A stretch of 32,807 bases of DNA from Candidatus Latescibacterota bacterium (GTDB lineage Bacteria; Latescibacterota; UBA2968; UBA8231), in NCBI GenBank assembly GCA_965205655.1, contig CBDBIJ010000098.1:1-32807 (forward strand), written 5' to 3'. Within the stretch, counting starts at the first letter, position 1. Each line of letters begins with the position of its first letter. Made by a program: the position numbers and the translations under genes. This document shows, in pieces, positions 1 to 11,371 of the stretch. The notes beneath the pieces are model-generated. The model saw nothing but the letters and a program-made list of their open reading frames with translations. It had not been told where the DNA came from and made no database searches.

Positions 1-2836
1 CATGCCGCTGGATGTTCTCCTGAGAGAACACTCGCGCGCGCAGCTCCTCGTCTTCGGTATCGACGGCGATCTCGATACTGCTGCGCACCTTGCCGTTCAC
101 CTGAATCGGCATCACGACGGTGTCCTCGGTGATCAGTGACTCGTCTGCCTCGGGCCAGGGCTGAACCGAGAGGTCGCCGCTGCCGAATCCGTAAAGTTGC
201 CACAGCTCCTCGGCGATGTGCGGCGCCAAGGGAGCCATCAGAAGAATGAATGTCCGAGCCAGCGATTTCGGAACGGCCTCGACGCCGACGAGCTCGTTGT
301 TGAGCTCGATGAGTGCGGCGATGGCTGTGTTGAAACGCAGAGCCTCGATGTCTTCCGTCACTTTGACGATGGTCTTGTGCAGCAGCTTCTCGTGAGGGAG
401 ATCTACCAGCTCGTCTCCGCCCGCCTTTGCTGACCCATCGCGGTCGACGAAATTGCGCCACACCCTGTGCAGGAAGCGCTGCATTCCTCGAATCCCCTCC
501 ATGCTCCAGGGAGCGCTCGCGTCAAGGGGCCCCATGTACATCTCGTACAGGCGGAGCGTGTCGATACCGTACTCCTCTCCCACTTCCTCGGGCGGCAGGC
601 CGTTCTTGTAGCGTTTGCCCATTTTTCCGGCGAAGCGAGTCAGCTGCTCCCCTGTCTTCGAGTGAAAGGGCTCTCCATCGCGAATCTCAACCTCGCGAAT
701 GTCGACGTAAACACCGCGGCTGTCGGCGAAGGCATCGGCCGTGATCATGCCCTGGTTGAACAGTTTTTTGAACGGTTCGGGCGTTGACACATGTCCCAGA
801 TCGTAGAGCACCTTGTGCCAGAACCTCGAGTAGAGGAGGTGCAACACCGCATGCTCGGCACCCCCCACGTACAGATCGACCGGCATGAGACTGCGCTCCC
901 TGCCCGCATCGCAGAACGCGCTGTCGTTGTCGGGGTCGATGAAACGCAGGAAGTACCAGCAGGAGCCCGCCCACTGCGGCATCACATTCAACTCCCGGCG
1001 ACAAATCACCCCGTCCACGCTCGCGTTTATCCAGTCCTCGTCGGCCCTGCTCAGCGGCGGTCGAACGGGTGCGTCAGGATCGTCCGATGTGTCGGGACGA
1101 AACTCGTCCATCTCGGGAAGAATCACGGGTAGCGACGTGGCCACCGTGTATCCGTCCGGGTGTCTGGCCAGTGGAAACGGTTCGCCCCAGTACCACTGGC
1201 GTGAGAAAATCCAGTCGCGCAGTTTGTAGCTGACTGCCTCCCTTCCCACTGACTCGGACTCGAGAGCTGTGGTGATCCGGACGATCGCCTCAGGGGTAGA
1301 CAACAGGTTGATCTCGAAGGGAGAAGCTCCGGTCGCGGGCGAATTCACGGAGACTCCTTCGCCCGAAAAACATCCTTTCGCCGACTCACTCTCAGCCGTT
1401 GGCTCCACAACCGAAACCACTGCGAGGCCGTATTTCAGCGCGAATTCGTAGTCGCGCTCATCGTGGCCGGGCACTGCCATGATGGCTCCAGTGCCGTAGT
1501 CCATGCTGACGTAGTCGGCGACGAAAACGGGAACTCTCTCTCCGCTGACGGGATTGATCGCCTGTAACCCGGTAAAAATCCCTGTCTTCTCACGCGCCTC
1601 CCGCTGCTGGTGCGCAGGGCGATTGACCGCACTGCTTACATACGAATCAATCGCGGCACGGATCACGAGGGATGGGTCGGATCCCTTCCACGACGGTGGC
1701 GTCGCTTCGGGCCAGGACTCCGGCACCAGACACTCCGGGTTCCCTTGCTCTACCATGGGGTGCTCCGGTGCGACGACCATGAATGTGGCGCCGAACAGAG
1801 TGTCCGGCCTCGTGGTGAAGACGTTCAGATGTGCGATCACCTCATCGGAATCGGCGGAAACGACGTCGAAGCGGACCGTGGCGCCGGAGCTACGGCCAAT
1901 CCAGTTCTTCTGCATGAGCTTGATCGCCGACGGCCAGTCGAGCTCGAAGGTGCCGCCTCTTCCGTCCGGCAGATTCGGCATGTCGAGATCCTCGAGGAGG
2001 CGATCGGCATATGCCGTGATGCGCATCACCCACTGCGCGAGCGGTCGCTTATACACCGGGTGATCGCCGATCTCGCTGGTCCCTTCGTTCGTGATTTCCT
2101 CGTTTGCAAGAACAGTTCCGAGAGCCGGACACCAGTTCACCGTCACTTCCTTTTGGTATGCCAGCCGGTAGTTGTTCAGAACAATTTCCCTCTGTGCGGG
2201 GGTCAGCGATTCCCACCCCGACTTTTCTTCAACTGCGGCGGCAGCTAAGTCCGCTTCAGTCAGCTGTCGCTCACTGGATTCGAACTCCGCAACCAGCTCG
2301 TCTAGCGCGCGCGCCTTTCCGCAGACCACTCTGCCGGCTTCGTCGGTCCATTTGCGGGCGGGATCTGACCAGCTGTTGAACAATTCCAAAAAGATCCATT
2401 GAGTCCATTTGTAGTAGTCCTGCCTGGACGTGGCGATCTCGCGATCCCAGTCGTATGCCATCCCGAGCGTCTGAAACTGCTGCCGGATGTTGGCTATGAT
2501 TCTTTCAGTGGCCACGGCGGGGTGGACATTGTTTTGACGTGCGAACTGCTCGACTGGCAGGCCGAAGCTGTCGAACCCCATGGGATGCAGAACGTTGAAA
2601 CCGCGCATGCGCTTGAATCTGGAGTAGATGTCGGTGGCGATGTATCCCTTCGGGTGGCCGATGTGCAAACCCTCACCGCTGGCGTACGGAAACATGTCGA
2701 GGACGTAGTGTTTTGGACGCTCTGGTTCATAATCGGGATCGCCAAGTGACGGAGTCCGATAGGTTTTATTTTCGAGCCAGTAAGTGCGCCACCTCGCCTC
2801 TATGTCTCGAAACGCGTAGGAGCCGTCGCTATTCAT
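1..2836 (-). CDS. leuS: Leucine--tRNA ligase (3' end runs off the left edge of the window)
   Basis: Hand translation from ATG at 2836 (MNSDGSYAFRDIEARW...) stays open to position 1. It contains MFPYASGEGLHIGH, TTRPDTLFGAT and GTGAIMAVPGHDERD (editing domain), GGAEHAVLHLLYSRF, a KMSKS-equivalent KMGKR (611-625) and QVNGKVR. It is absent from the ORF track because there is no stop in the window. Confidence 0.97.
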   Translation of the reverse strand, partial: MNSDGSYAFRDIEARWRTYWLENKTYRTPSLGDPDYEPERPKHYVLDMFPYASGEGLHIGHPKGYIATDIYSRFKRMRGFNVLHPMGFDSFGLPVEQFARQNNVHPAVATERIIANIRQQFQTLGMAYDWDREIATSRQDYYKWTQWIFLELFNSWSDPARKWTDEAGRVVCGKARALDELVAEFESSERQLTEADLAAAAVEEKSGWESLTPAQREIVLNNYRLAYQKEVTVNWCPALGTVLANEEITNEGTSEIGDHPVYKRPLAQWVMRITAYADRLLEDLDMPNLPDGRGGTFELDWPSAIKLMQKNWIGRSSGATVRFDVVSADSDEVIAHLNVFTTRPDTLFGATFMVVAPEHPMVEQGNPECLVPESWPEATPPSWKGSDPSLVIRAAIDSYVSSAVNRPAHQQREAREKTGIFTGLQAINPVSGERVPVFVADYVSMDYGTGAIMAVPGHDERDYEFALKYGLAVVSVVEPTAESESAKGCFSGEGVSVNSPATGASPFEINLLSTPEAIVRITTALESESVGREAVSYKLRDWIFSRQWYWGEPFPLARHPDGYTVATSLPVILPEMDEFRPDTSDDPDAPVRPPLSRADEDWINASVDGVICRRELNVMPQWAGSCWYFLRFIDPDNDSAFCDAGRERSLMPVDLYVGGAEHAVLHLLYSRFWHKVLYDLGHVSTPEPFKKLFNQGMITADAFADSRGVYVDIREVEIRDGEPFHSKTGEQLTRFAGKMGKRYKNGLPPEEVGEEYGIDTLRLYEMYMGPLDASAPWSMEGIRGMQRFLHRVWRNFVDRDGSAKAGGDELVDLPHEKLLHKTIVKVTEDIEALRFNTAIAALIELNNELVGVEAVPKSLARTFILLMAPLAPHIAEELWQLYGFGSGDLSVQPWPEADESLITEDTVVMPIQVNGKVRSSIEIAVDTEDEELRARVFSQENIQRH

Positions 2837-2854
2837 CTCATCCCGCCCGCTTGT

Positions 2855-4177
2855 TCATGGGTAGAGTTTCTGCAGCATCCTCGGGAAGGGGATGGTTTCG
2901 CGCACGTGCTGCGAGCCACACACCCAGCCCACGAGTCTCTCGAGGCCCATGCCGAATCCGGAGTGCGGCACCGAACCGTAGCGCCGCAAATCGAGATACC
3001 ACTCGAAGGCCTCCCGCGGCAGCCCGTGATGTTCGATTTTCCTCTCCAGTACGGACAGATCATCTTCTCTTTGGCCACCGCCAACGATTTCGCCCACTCC
3101 CTCGGGGGCCAGCATGTCGACGCACAGGGCGAGATCGGAGTTTTCCGGGTCCGCCTTCATGTAGAAGGCCTTGACGTCAGCCGGGTACCGATGCACCAGC
3201 ACCGGAGAGTCGAACTGGTGGGAGAGGATCGTTTCATCCTCTCCACCCAGATCTCCTCCCCATCGGATGTCGCTGCCGTTCTGAGACAGAATCTTCACCG
3301 CCTCATCGTAGGTGATTCGCGGGAAAGGCCTGGTCACCTTCTCCAGAGACGCCGGATCTCTCTCGAGTATTTCGAACTCCCGTCGGCACTTGTCCAGCAC
3401 CCGGTGAATGACAGAAGCGACGAGGTCTTCGGCGATGTCCATGGCCTCCTCGAGTTCACAGTAAGCCATCTCGGGCTCGATCATCCAGAATTCTGTGAGG
3501 TGTCGCCGGGTCTTGGACTTTTCGGCTCTGAAGGTGGGGCCGAAGCAGTACACCTTGCCGAAGGCCATTGCCGCGGCCTCGTTGTAGAGTTGACCGCTCT
3601 GCGTCAGATACGCCTTGTCTCCGAAATAGTCGGTCTCGAACAACGTCGTCGTCCCCTCGCAAGCCGCCGGGGTCAGGATAGGGGCATCGATCAAGGTGAA
3701 GCCCCTTTCCGCCATGAAATCCCTGCACGCATCGACGATCTGACTGCGAACCCGGAGCACGGCGTGGGGTCGCGATGAGCGCAGCCACAAATGCCGGTTC
3801 TCAAGAAGGAAAGCGACGCCGTGGTCCTTCGGTGAAATCGGATACTCATCGGCGACGTGAACAGCGGCAATATCATTCACTCCGATTTCGAATCCAATCG
3901 GAGAGCGCTCGTCCCTCTTCACCGTTCCCACCAAGGTGATGGCAGACTCCTGCGTCAGCTCCTCGCAGAGCTGGAATGTCTCGGCCGAGACATCCCCTTT
4001 GAAGACCACGCACTGGATCACCCCTGTACCGTCCCTTACTTGCAGGAAGTGGAGTTTGCCGCTGGAACGTTTGTTGTAGACCCACCCTCGCAGTTGGACA
4101 CTATCGCCCTCGAATGACGAGATGGCTTCGACAGTTGCCCTGACGGGCGCCGGCGAGTTGTCTGACTCAATTGTCAT
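2855..4177 (-). CDS. asnS: Asparagine--tRNA ligase
   Basis: OB-fold start ([24 protein letters not shown]), [18 protein letters not shown], motif 2 [24 protein letters not shown] and motif 3 [12 protein letters not shown]. Confidence 0.95.
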   Translation of the reverse strand: MTIESDNSPAPVRATVEAISSFEGDSVQLRGWVYNKRSSGKLHFLQVRDGTGVIQCVVFKGDVSAETFQLCEELTQESAITLVGTVKRDERSPIGFEIGVNDIAAVHVADEYPISPKDHGVAFLLENRHLWLRSSRPHAVLRVRSQIVDACRDFMAERGFTLIDAPILTPAACEGTTTLFETDYFGDKAYLTQSGQLYNEAAAMAFGKVYCFGPTFRAEKSKTRRHLTEFWMIEPEMAYCELEEAMDIAEDLVASVIHRVLDKCRREFEILERDPASLEKVTRPFPRITYDEAVKILSQNGSDIRWGGDLGGEDETILSHQFDSPVLVHRYPADVKAFYMKADPENSDLALCVDMLAPEGVGEIVGGGQREDDLSVLERKIEHHGLPREAFEWYLDLRRYGSVPHSGFGMGLERLVGWVCGSQHVRETIPFPRMLQKLYP

Positions 4178-4189
4178 ATTGCGCGCAAA

Positions 4190-4223
4190 CGGAAAAGACT
4201 ACCGAACAGAATCGGTAGTCTTT
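4190..4223 (-). terminator. Intrinsic terminator-like hairpin between pnp and asnS
   Basis: Perfect 12-bp inverted repeat AAAGACTACCGA (4194-4205) / TCGGTAGTCTTT (4212-4223) with a 6-nt loop. On the minus strand it ends in TTTTCCGTTT. Confidence 0.6.
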
Positions 4224-4303
4224 GTCTGATAAAACGGGTTCACAGCACCGCCTCGGGACGGCTGGCATCTCAACGGCGGCGCAACGCTGATCTTGTGCCC
4301 CCT

Positions 4304-6388
4304 CTATCGCCCGCCATCCTTGGCAAAGGTCGCCTTGTGACTGAGACGCATCTTCCCGGTGTTGTCGATCTCGAGGACTTTCACGGCAATCTTCTGGCCC
4401 TCCTCGACTACATCCTCCACTGTTGCGACGCGCTTGTCGTCTAGTTCGGAGATGTGGAGCAGTCCCTCTTTGCCCGGCAAGATCTCGACGAAGGCTCCGA
4501 AAGGCATTATTCGCTTGACGGTGCCCTCGTACTGACGGCCAATCTCGGCGTCGGCAGTTATTGCCTCGATCATCGCCAGCGCTTGAGCGGAGGCCTCTGC
4601 CTCCACTGAGGAAACGGTGATCGTCCCATCGTCCTCCACAGACACACTCGCTCCCGTCTTCTCGATCTCCCGGATCATCTTGCCACCCGGACCGATGACG
4701 GCTCCAATCTTCGCGGGGTCGATCTTGATAGATTCGATTCGCGGTGCGTACGGCGACATCTCCTCGCGGTGGGTCGAGATACACTCATTCATGATGCCAA
4801 GGATATGCATTCGCGCCTTGCGAGCGCGCTCGAAAGCTTCCTCGAGAATCTCGAAGCTGATACCCTGAATCTTGTTCTCCATCTGGACGGCCGTAATTCC
4901 GTCCTCGGTGCCTGCCAACTTCAGATCCATGTCGCCGAGAAAGTCTTCTGCTCCTTGAATGTCGGTCAGCACCTCCCACTTGTCCCCTTCAGAAATCAGG
5001 CCAACTCCGGAGGCTGTGACAGGCGCCCGAATCGGCACGCCGGCATCCATCAGCGCCAGAGAGCAGCCGCACACTGTGGCCATGGAGGTCGAGCCATTCG
5101 ACTCCTGGATGTCTGAAACGAGTCGAATGGTGTAGGGGAACGAGTCGACGGAAGGCAAGACTGGCTCGATGGCCCGCTCGGCCAGATGCCCGTGTCCGAT
5201 CTCCCTTCGCCCTGGACCTCTCGGAAACGACACTTCGCCGGTGCTGTATGCGGGGAAATTGTAGTCGAGAAAATACGACTTAAACGATTTCCCCTTCAGG
5301 TCGTCGATCATCTTCTCGTCAAGCTTGTTCCCCAGTGTAGCCACGCACAGCGCCTGGGTCTGTCCCCTGGCAAAGAGGGCAGATCCGTGAGCTCTCGGGA
5401 GAATTTGGTTCTCACATGAGACGGACCGGACTTCGTCGAGGGCGCGGCCGTCGATGCGCCGCTTCTCCTCGAGAACCATGCGCCTCATATCCGCCTTCAG
5501 CAGCGTATCGAGCACATCGTCGATTTGCCGTGTTTGCTCTGGAAATCGCTCGGCCAGCGCCGCCTGCACTTCCCCGCTTAACGCGTCGAGCAGAGCGCCG
5601 CGCTCCTCTCTCGAGTCAGTGTGATTCGCCTCGGTGATACGAGCCGCAGCCATCTCCCCCACCGCATTGACAAGCTCCTCATCCGGCTTGGCCGGCTCGA
5701 ACTCCATGACCGGAACCCCCGCCTTAGAAACCAAGTTCTCCTGCAATTGCAGCAGGTCCTGAAGATTCTCGTGGGCGAAGCGGAGAGCCGCCAGCAGTTC
5801 CGTCTCCGAGACCTCGTGCGTTCCGCCTTCAACGGCGCCGATCGTGTCCCTGGTCCCGGACACGATAACATCCATGTCGCTGTCGTCGAGCTGAGCGATC
5901 GTAGGGTTGACGATGAGCTCGTCATCGATGCGCCCGATGCGCACAGCTGCTACCGGGGCCGCAAAAGGAATGTCCGACAGACACAGTGCCGCCGAGGCGC
6001 CAGCCATCCCCAGGACATCCGCGTCATTCTCGCCATCCGACGACAGCACCGTAATGAACACCTGCACCTCGTAGTTGAATCCCTTCGGGAACATGGGCCG
6101 TATCAGGTGATCGGTGAGACGAGCGCTCAGGGTTTCCTTCTCACCCATGCGGCCTTCGCGTCGAAAGAAGTTCCCCGGGATCCTCCCCGCTGCGTACGAC
6201 TTTTCGCGGTATTCCACCGTCAGTGGCAGAAAGTCCCGGTCCGAAGGCGACTTCGATCTGCAGGCAGTGACGAGGACGACCGTGTCCCCATACTGAATCC
6301 AGACGGCGCCATGTGCCTGGTTGGCGACTTTTCCCGTTTCCAGCGAAAGGGTCCGCCCCCCCCAGTCCATTTCCATTTTGTGAATCAT
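4304..6388 (-). CDS. pnp: Polyribonucleotide nucleotidyltransferase (PNPase)
   Basis: Motifs [40 protein letters not shown] and GDMDLK, followed by KH (IGPGGKMIR) and S1 ([20 protein letters not shown]) domains. Confidence 0.98.
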   Translation of the reverse strand: MIHKMEMDWGGRTLSLETGKVANQAHGAVWIQYGDTVVLVTACRSKSPSDRDFLPLTVEYREKSYAAGRIPGNFFRREGRMGEKETLSARLTDHLIRPMFPKGFNYEVQVFITVLSSDGENDADVLGMAGASAALCLSDIPFAAPVAAVRIGRIDDELIVNPTIAQLDDSDMDVIVSGTRDTIGAVEGGTHEVSETELLAALRFAHENLQDLLQLQENLVSKAGVPVMEFEPAKPDEELVNAVGEMAAARITEANHTDSREERGALLDALSGEVQAALAERFPEQTRQIDDVLDTLLKADMRRMVLEEKRRIDGRALDEVRSVSCENQILPRAHGSALFARGQTQALCVATLGNKLDEKMIDDLKGKSFKSYFLDYNFPAYSTGEVSFPRGPGRREIGHGHLAERAIEPVLPSVDSFPYTIRLVSDIQESNGSTSMATVCGCSLALMDAGVPIRAPVTASGVGLISEGDKWEVLTDIQGAEDFLGDMDLKLAGTEDGITAVQMENKIQGISFEILEEAFERARKARMHILGIMNECISTHREEMSPYAPRIESIKIDPAKIGAVIGPGGKMIREIEKTGASVSVEDDGTITVSSVEAEASAQALAMIEAITADAEIGRQYEGTVKRIMPFGAFVEILPGKEGLLHISELDDKRVATVEDVVEEGQKIAVKVLEIDNTGKMRLSHKATFAKDGGR

Positions 6389-6497
6389 GTTGCGATCAGC
6401 TCACTTTTCCCACGTAAGGGATTTATTGAGGTTCGAGTGCTTGGCGTTTGAGGTCGTGCGTGGCGATGAACGCATTCGCAGATTTCTGTGACCGCGT

Positions 6498-6768
6498 TCA
6501 GCGGCGCAGCTGTAGCTCCTTGATAAGTGCCGCGTACGCATTGACATTTTCTCTCTGCAGGTAGTCGAGCAAGCGTCGTCGTTTGCCGATGAGCTTGAGC
6601 AAACCCTCTGCGGGTGGCAAAATCCCGCTTGTGCGTCTGCAGGTGCGGGGTCAGATTTCGAATGCGCTCTGATAGAATGGCGATCTGTGCCGCCGTAGCA
6701 CCCGTGTCGGTCTCGCTCTTTCCGTGCTTGGACACGAGCTCTCTTGTTTTTTCAGCAGTGATTGACAA
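6498..6768 (-). CDS. rpsO: 30S ribosomal protein S15 (one extra base at about 6601-6606)
   Basis: TTG start with [21 protein letters not shown]...[35 protein letters not shown] continues after removing one base as [34 protein letters not shown], giving 89 aa. Canonical position before pnp. Confidence 0.95.
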
Positions 6769-6801
6769 ATGCCGGCTACCTCCGTTCGGATTATCTGAGA
6801 A

Positions 6802-8144
6802 TCAGGCGAAAATTCGCCTGGCTGTTTCCACGTCCCTGCGTATCTGGTCTACCAGCGACTCCCTATCCGGGAATCGTTGCTCGTCTCGCAACCTGGCTTG
6901 CAAAGATACCTGAAGTGTTCTGCCGTACAGGTCTCCGGAGAAATCGAGAATATGCAGTTCGACGGACAAATCCCGCTCTCCAAAGGTCGGTCGTACCCCC
7001 ACATTGACGATGGCGGCGTGATCATCCACCTCGCAGGCGTCGGCATTTCTCCCACCATACGCGGCCGGCAAAGACGCCGGGCGGCAGTCGGGCTAGCAGA
7101 TTGTCGTCCACGGCGAGGTTTGCGGTCGGAAACCCGAGCTTCTTTCCACGTCCCTCGCCGTGCGCGACCACGCCGGAAAAATGACTGACGCCGTCTGGCT
7201 TCCGTGACTGCACCTTTGTGTCGTCGTCGCCTTCCTTCGAATTCGACTGAGCCAACACCTTCAGCGGTTGGATGGTTCGTCCATCCTCCGTCCATCGACC
7301 AATCCCGCACAGACGCTCGGCTTCGTCATACACGGCACATTCGACGTTGCGCGGCCCCGGCGGCTCTGCTGTTACGGGTATTCCGTGCGCAAAGGCCCGT
7401 ATCCGCGACGGGGGCAGTAAAACAGGCCGCACGGCGCCCAGTGCAATTCGCGGCGGGACGAGCTGCTCGGCGAGCGTCCCGGCCTCGGCTGATCGCTGGA
7501 TTCGGCTGACTGTCGACGCGATGGCCAGATCGAGGTTGCCGACTCGATGTCGGCGTAGCTCACCCACATAGGCGCCGCATCCCAGTGACGAGCCAAAATC
7601 CGCGGCCAGTGAGCGGATATATGTCCCCTTCGAGCAGACGATCCTGACGTCAAGATTGGGATATTCGTATGCTCTTATCTCCAGCTCTTCGATGCGCACT
7701 TGTCTTGCCCGCAGTCGCGGGGAAGGCTGGTCTCGACGCGCGAGGCGATGGCTTCTCATGCCGTTGATTTTGACCGCCGAATAGGCGTGGGGAACCTGCT
7801 CGATCGAGCCTTTGAATCGCTCCAGATGCTCGCACACAGACTGCAGCGAGGGCGCCACGGCCTCAGCCAACGGTGTAATCGGTCCTTGTGCATCTCCCGT
7901 CTCGCTCGTGCTCCCCAGAACAAAAAGTCGCCTGGTATTCCTTCTCGCGATCGCTGATCCACTCACTCAAACGCGTGTACGGGCCGAGACAGATAACGAG
8001 CACTCCTGTCGCCAGTGGATCGAGAGTGCCGCAGTGCCCGATCCGACGCATGTGGAGAGCACGCCTGAGCATCGCCACGACGTCATGGGAGGTAGGCCCT
8101 TTCTCCTTGTCGACGACGAGGAACCCCTGATATGGGTTAGCCAT
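6802..8144 (-). CDS. truB: tRNA pseudouridine(55) synthase TruB fused to a riboflavin kinase (RibF C-terminal) domain; two single-base frameshifts (about 7922-7926 and 7047-7049)
   Basis: TruB motifs VDKEKGPTSHDVV, IGHCGTLDPLATGVL, KEY, YSAVKING, CSKGTYIRSLAADFG and LRRHRVG. In the same frame follow SGVVAHGEGRGKKLGFPTANL and PGVF. After one frameshift come NVGVRPTF, ELHILDFSGDLYG, RLRDEQRF and LVDQIRRD. About 446 aa when corrected. Confidence 0.85.
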
Positions 8145-8179
8145 CTCGCTCTCAGGTGGCCGCGAAGGCTCCGGGATGC

Positions 8180-8578
8180 TCAGCGTCGTGGTCGATCCTC
8201 CGCCTGCTCTGAGACGAGCGATCTGGTCGCTTCCCCCGATTCCATAGCGCGATCTATCAGCGCACTAACACGGGCAGCTCTGTCGGCGGTATCGTCATAC
8301 GCCACTGTAACCTCCGGCGCATGCCTGAGAGGCATCCGGTGCGCCACCTGATGTCTTATGTGTCCCACGGCTCGGTCCAGCGCGGCGAGAGCCTCTGCCC
8401 TCTCCTCTTCTGTTCCCAAAACACTCACGAACATTTTTGCGTGTCGCAGATCATTGGAGACCTCAGTGTCGACGACTGTGACGAACCGGATTCGGGGATC
8501 CTTCAGCTGCCGCACGATCTGACTGAACTCCCGATGCAGTGTCTCGCGGACTTTGTCGACTCTATGCCCTGCACTCAT
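8180..8578 (-). CDS. rbfA: Ribosome-binding factor A
   Basis: RVDKV...LKDPRIRFVTVVDTEVSNDLRHAKMFVS...LRHAPEVTVAYD; canonical position downstream of infB and upstream of truB. Confidence 0.95.
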   Translation of the reverse strand: MSAGHRVDKVRETLHREFSQIVRQLKDPRIRFVTVVDTEVSNDLRHAKMFVSVLGTEEERAEALAALDRAVGHIRHQVAHRMPLRHAPEVTVAYDDTADRAARVSALIDRAMESGEATRSLVSEQAEDRPRR

Positions 8579-8629
8579 GACGATCGCCCCTGGCCGATAT
8601 GAATCGTCGAGGCCGCACCAACCAAGGCC

Positions 8630-8912
8630 TCAGCAGTATTCGACCGACACCTCGAGAACCTGGACCCGGCCGTCTCGCTCGATGAATTCGACCACTTTCG
8701 CCAGTACGTCGCCAGCGTGCGTCGTCTCCGTGCTGACAACGGCGATGCCCACAGTACTGCGCTGCCACAGATCGGTGAAATCGACCTCAGAGATGGAGAC
8801 GTTGAATCGATTCCGGACGCGCTCTTTTGAGGCTCTTCAGTACCTGGCGCTTGTCCTTGAGAGATCTGCTCTCAGGCAGGTGAACCTGCACCTCGCCAAC
8901 TGCGACGACCAT
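8630..8912 (-). CDS. DUF503 (YlxP-like) protein; one extra base at about 8825-8828
   Basis: Corrected translation MVVAVGEVQVHLPESRSLKDKRQVLKSLKERVRNRFNVSISEVDFTDLWQRSTVGIAVVS...VEYC* (93 aa). This is the typical DUF503 signature and its usual position between infB and rbfA. Confidence 0.88.
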
Positions 8913-8943
8913 GGCTCGGGAGTTTCCCGGATGCGGCTGGCAT

Positions 8944-11353
8944 CTATACGGTGCGGGCCGACTCCACGAACTCGACTGCCTCGAGAATGTCTTCGACCTG
9001 TATGTCCTCAAAACCCTCGACCGCGACGCCGCACTCATACCCCTCCAGAACCTCACGCACGTCATCCTTGAACCTCCGCAGGGAGGCGAGTCCACCTTCA
9101 AACACAACCTCTCCATCGCGCTGCACGCGAACGCGGCTATCCCGACTGATTTTCCCCTTTTGCACGTAGCATCCAGCGATCATGCCGGCACGAGATGACG
9201 AGAACGTCTCGCGAACCTGCAGCGCGCCGACTACTCGCGTCTCCACCTTCGGCGTCAGTAGCCCCGACAGCGCCGCCCTGAGCTCCTCGATCACCTCGTA
9301 GATGATGCTGTAGTCCCTGATGTCGACCCCCTCTTGAAGCGCCATGTTCCTGGCGGAGGGATCGGTCGACACCCTGTAGGCGATCATGATGGCGTTCGAC
9401 GCGGAGGCCAGCAGGACGTCCGACTCGTTGACACTTCCCACATCGCTATGGATGATGGCGATGCGGACTTCCTCGTGGGTGATCCTACCGAGTTCCTGAT
9501 TGATGGCCTCGACCGAACCATCCACATCGCCTTTGACGACGACGTTGAGCTCCTTGATCTTGCCTTCCTGAATCTGGTAGTGGAGATCTCCGAGGGTGAC
9601 GACACCCTTCCTGCGAAAATCCTGCTCGCGTCTGACCTGCTGCCGCCGCTGGGTGATCTCTCTCGCCTCGCGCTCGGATGCGGCAACAGCGAACGTATCC
9701 CCTGCCTGCGGAACGCCCGGAAAAGCCGAGTACCTGCACGGGTGTCGACGGCGGGGCATTCTCTAATCTGCGCAAGTGTTCGTCCAGAAGCGCGCGCACG
9801 CGCCCTCCGTTGACGCCGGTAACGAAGGGATCGCCCACATTCAAGGTCCCCTCCTGCACCAGAACGGTGGCCACGGCTCCCCTCCCCCTGTCGAGCTGGG
9901 CCTCGATGATCGTACCCCGGGCCCTCTTCGCGGGAGTTGCCTTCAGTTCCCGCAGCTCGGCCTCGAGAATGACCAGCTCGAGAAGCTTGTCGATACCGGC
10001 GCCGGTCTTGGCGGAGATCTCAGCGTAGGGAACCTTGCCGCCCCAGTCTTCCAGCAGAACTCCCCTCTCTCCCAACTCCCGCTTGATGCGCTCCTGGTCA
10101 GCCGTGGGAAGATCAATCTTGTTGATCGCGACGACGATGGGCACATTCGCCGCCTTGGCGTGATCGATGGCCTCTACCGTCTGCGGCATGACACTGTCAT
10201 CGGCGGCTACGACGAGTATCACCAGGTCTGTCACGCGAGCGCCGCGGGCGCGCATGGCCGTGAAGGCGGCATGACCGGGCGTATCGAGAAAGGTGATGGT
10301 GTGCTCGTTGTGCTTCACCAAGTATGCTCCGATATGCTGGGTTATCCCTCCAGATTCCCCCTCGGCGACATTCGTCTCGCGCAGGTAGTCGAGCAACGAC
10401 GTCTTCCCGTGGTCCACGTGACCCATCACGGTGACCACCGGCGAGCGCGGTTCGGGTACGCCGGCGTCCTCTTCTTCCAGCGGTTCCTCGAGAAGGGCTT
10501 CCTCCTCCTCTTCCAGCGGTTTCGCATCGAACCCGAATTCATCGGCGACAGTGACGATCGTAGCCATATCGAGGCGCTGGTTGATGCTGACGACGACGCC
10601 GAGTTGCAGACAGGATGAAATTACTTCGTTCGGCCTGGCACCCATGTGCTCCGCCAGCTCGCCTACCGTCACGAATTCACGCACACGGAGAAGCCTCAGT
10701 CCCTCGCCATCTCCATCCCCGCCCTCCCTGGGGCCGCGATCGTAACGGCGACGCACCCTGCCCTCGGCGATTTGTGAGAGGGTTTTCCGGACGTTGTCCT
10801 GTACCGCCTGGGCATCGGCAGGTTTCCTCCGGCGCTGGCGTCCACCGCGCCAGCGGCCGCTCTGGTCGGGGGGAGTTGCAGGTGCGGGGGCCACCCCGTC
10901 TCGATCCGTCTTCTCTCCCGGCTGCTCGCGCTGCTCGACGGGCTCGTCTCGCCGCCGTCGCTTGCCACGCCGTCGGTCGTCGGCTCCCTTCCCGGGAATG
11001 GTCGGCGGAACGGCGCCTCTGCTCTGACCGCTTCCGCCCAGCTCTGCCTGTCTGCGAATGGCGCGCAAGCTGCGTTGAGGAGCATCGCCTTTCTGTGTCT
11101 CCGCCGCCGCTTCCCTTCTCGCCTTGGCGACCTCCCGCTTTCGCGTCTCCTCCTTTTCCTTCTGTCGCTGGACCTCCTGGATGGAGGATTTCTTCTCCTC
11201 CTCGATTTTCTTCGTTATCGCATCCAGCATTTCCTCGGTGACGACGCTCATGTGGGATTTCACTTCGAACTCCATGCTCTTCAGCATGGAGATGAGCGCG
11301 TCGCTGGAAAGCTTCTTTTCTTTCGCTACTTGGTAGACTCTGCGTTTTTCCAC
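8944..11353 (-). CDS. infB: Translation initiation factor IF-2; one extra base at about 9716-9718
   Basis: N-terminus RVYQVAKE...KSHMS, G-domain [34 protein letters not shown] and NKID. The C-terminal part (GVPQAGD...[10 protein letters not shown]...[17 protein letters not shown]) lies in the ORF ending at 8944. About 802 aa when corrected. Confidence 0.97.
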
Positions 11354-11371
11354 AAGGAATCTGTTTCGGCT

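Noticed and set aside
4178..4303. T-box riboswitch or SRP RNA in the pnp-asnS gap
   Set aside because: The gap is only 126 nt, with no T-box GGTGGnACC consensus and no SRP GGAAGGAAGCAG core.
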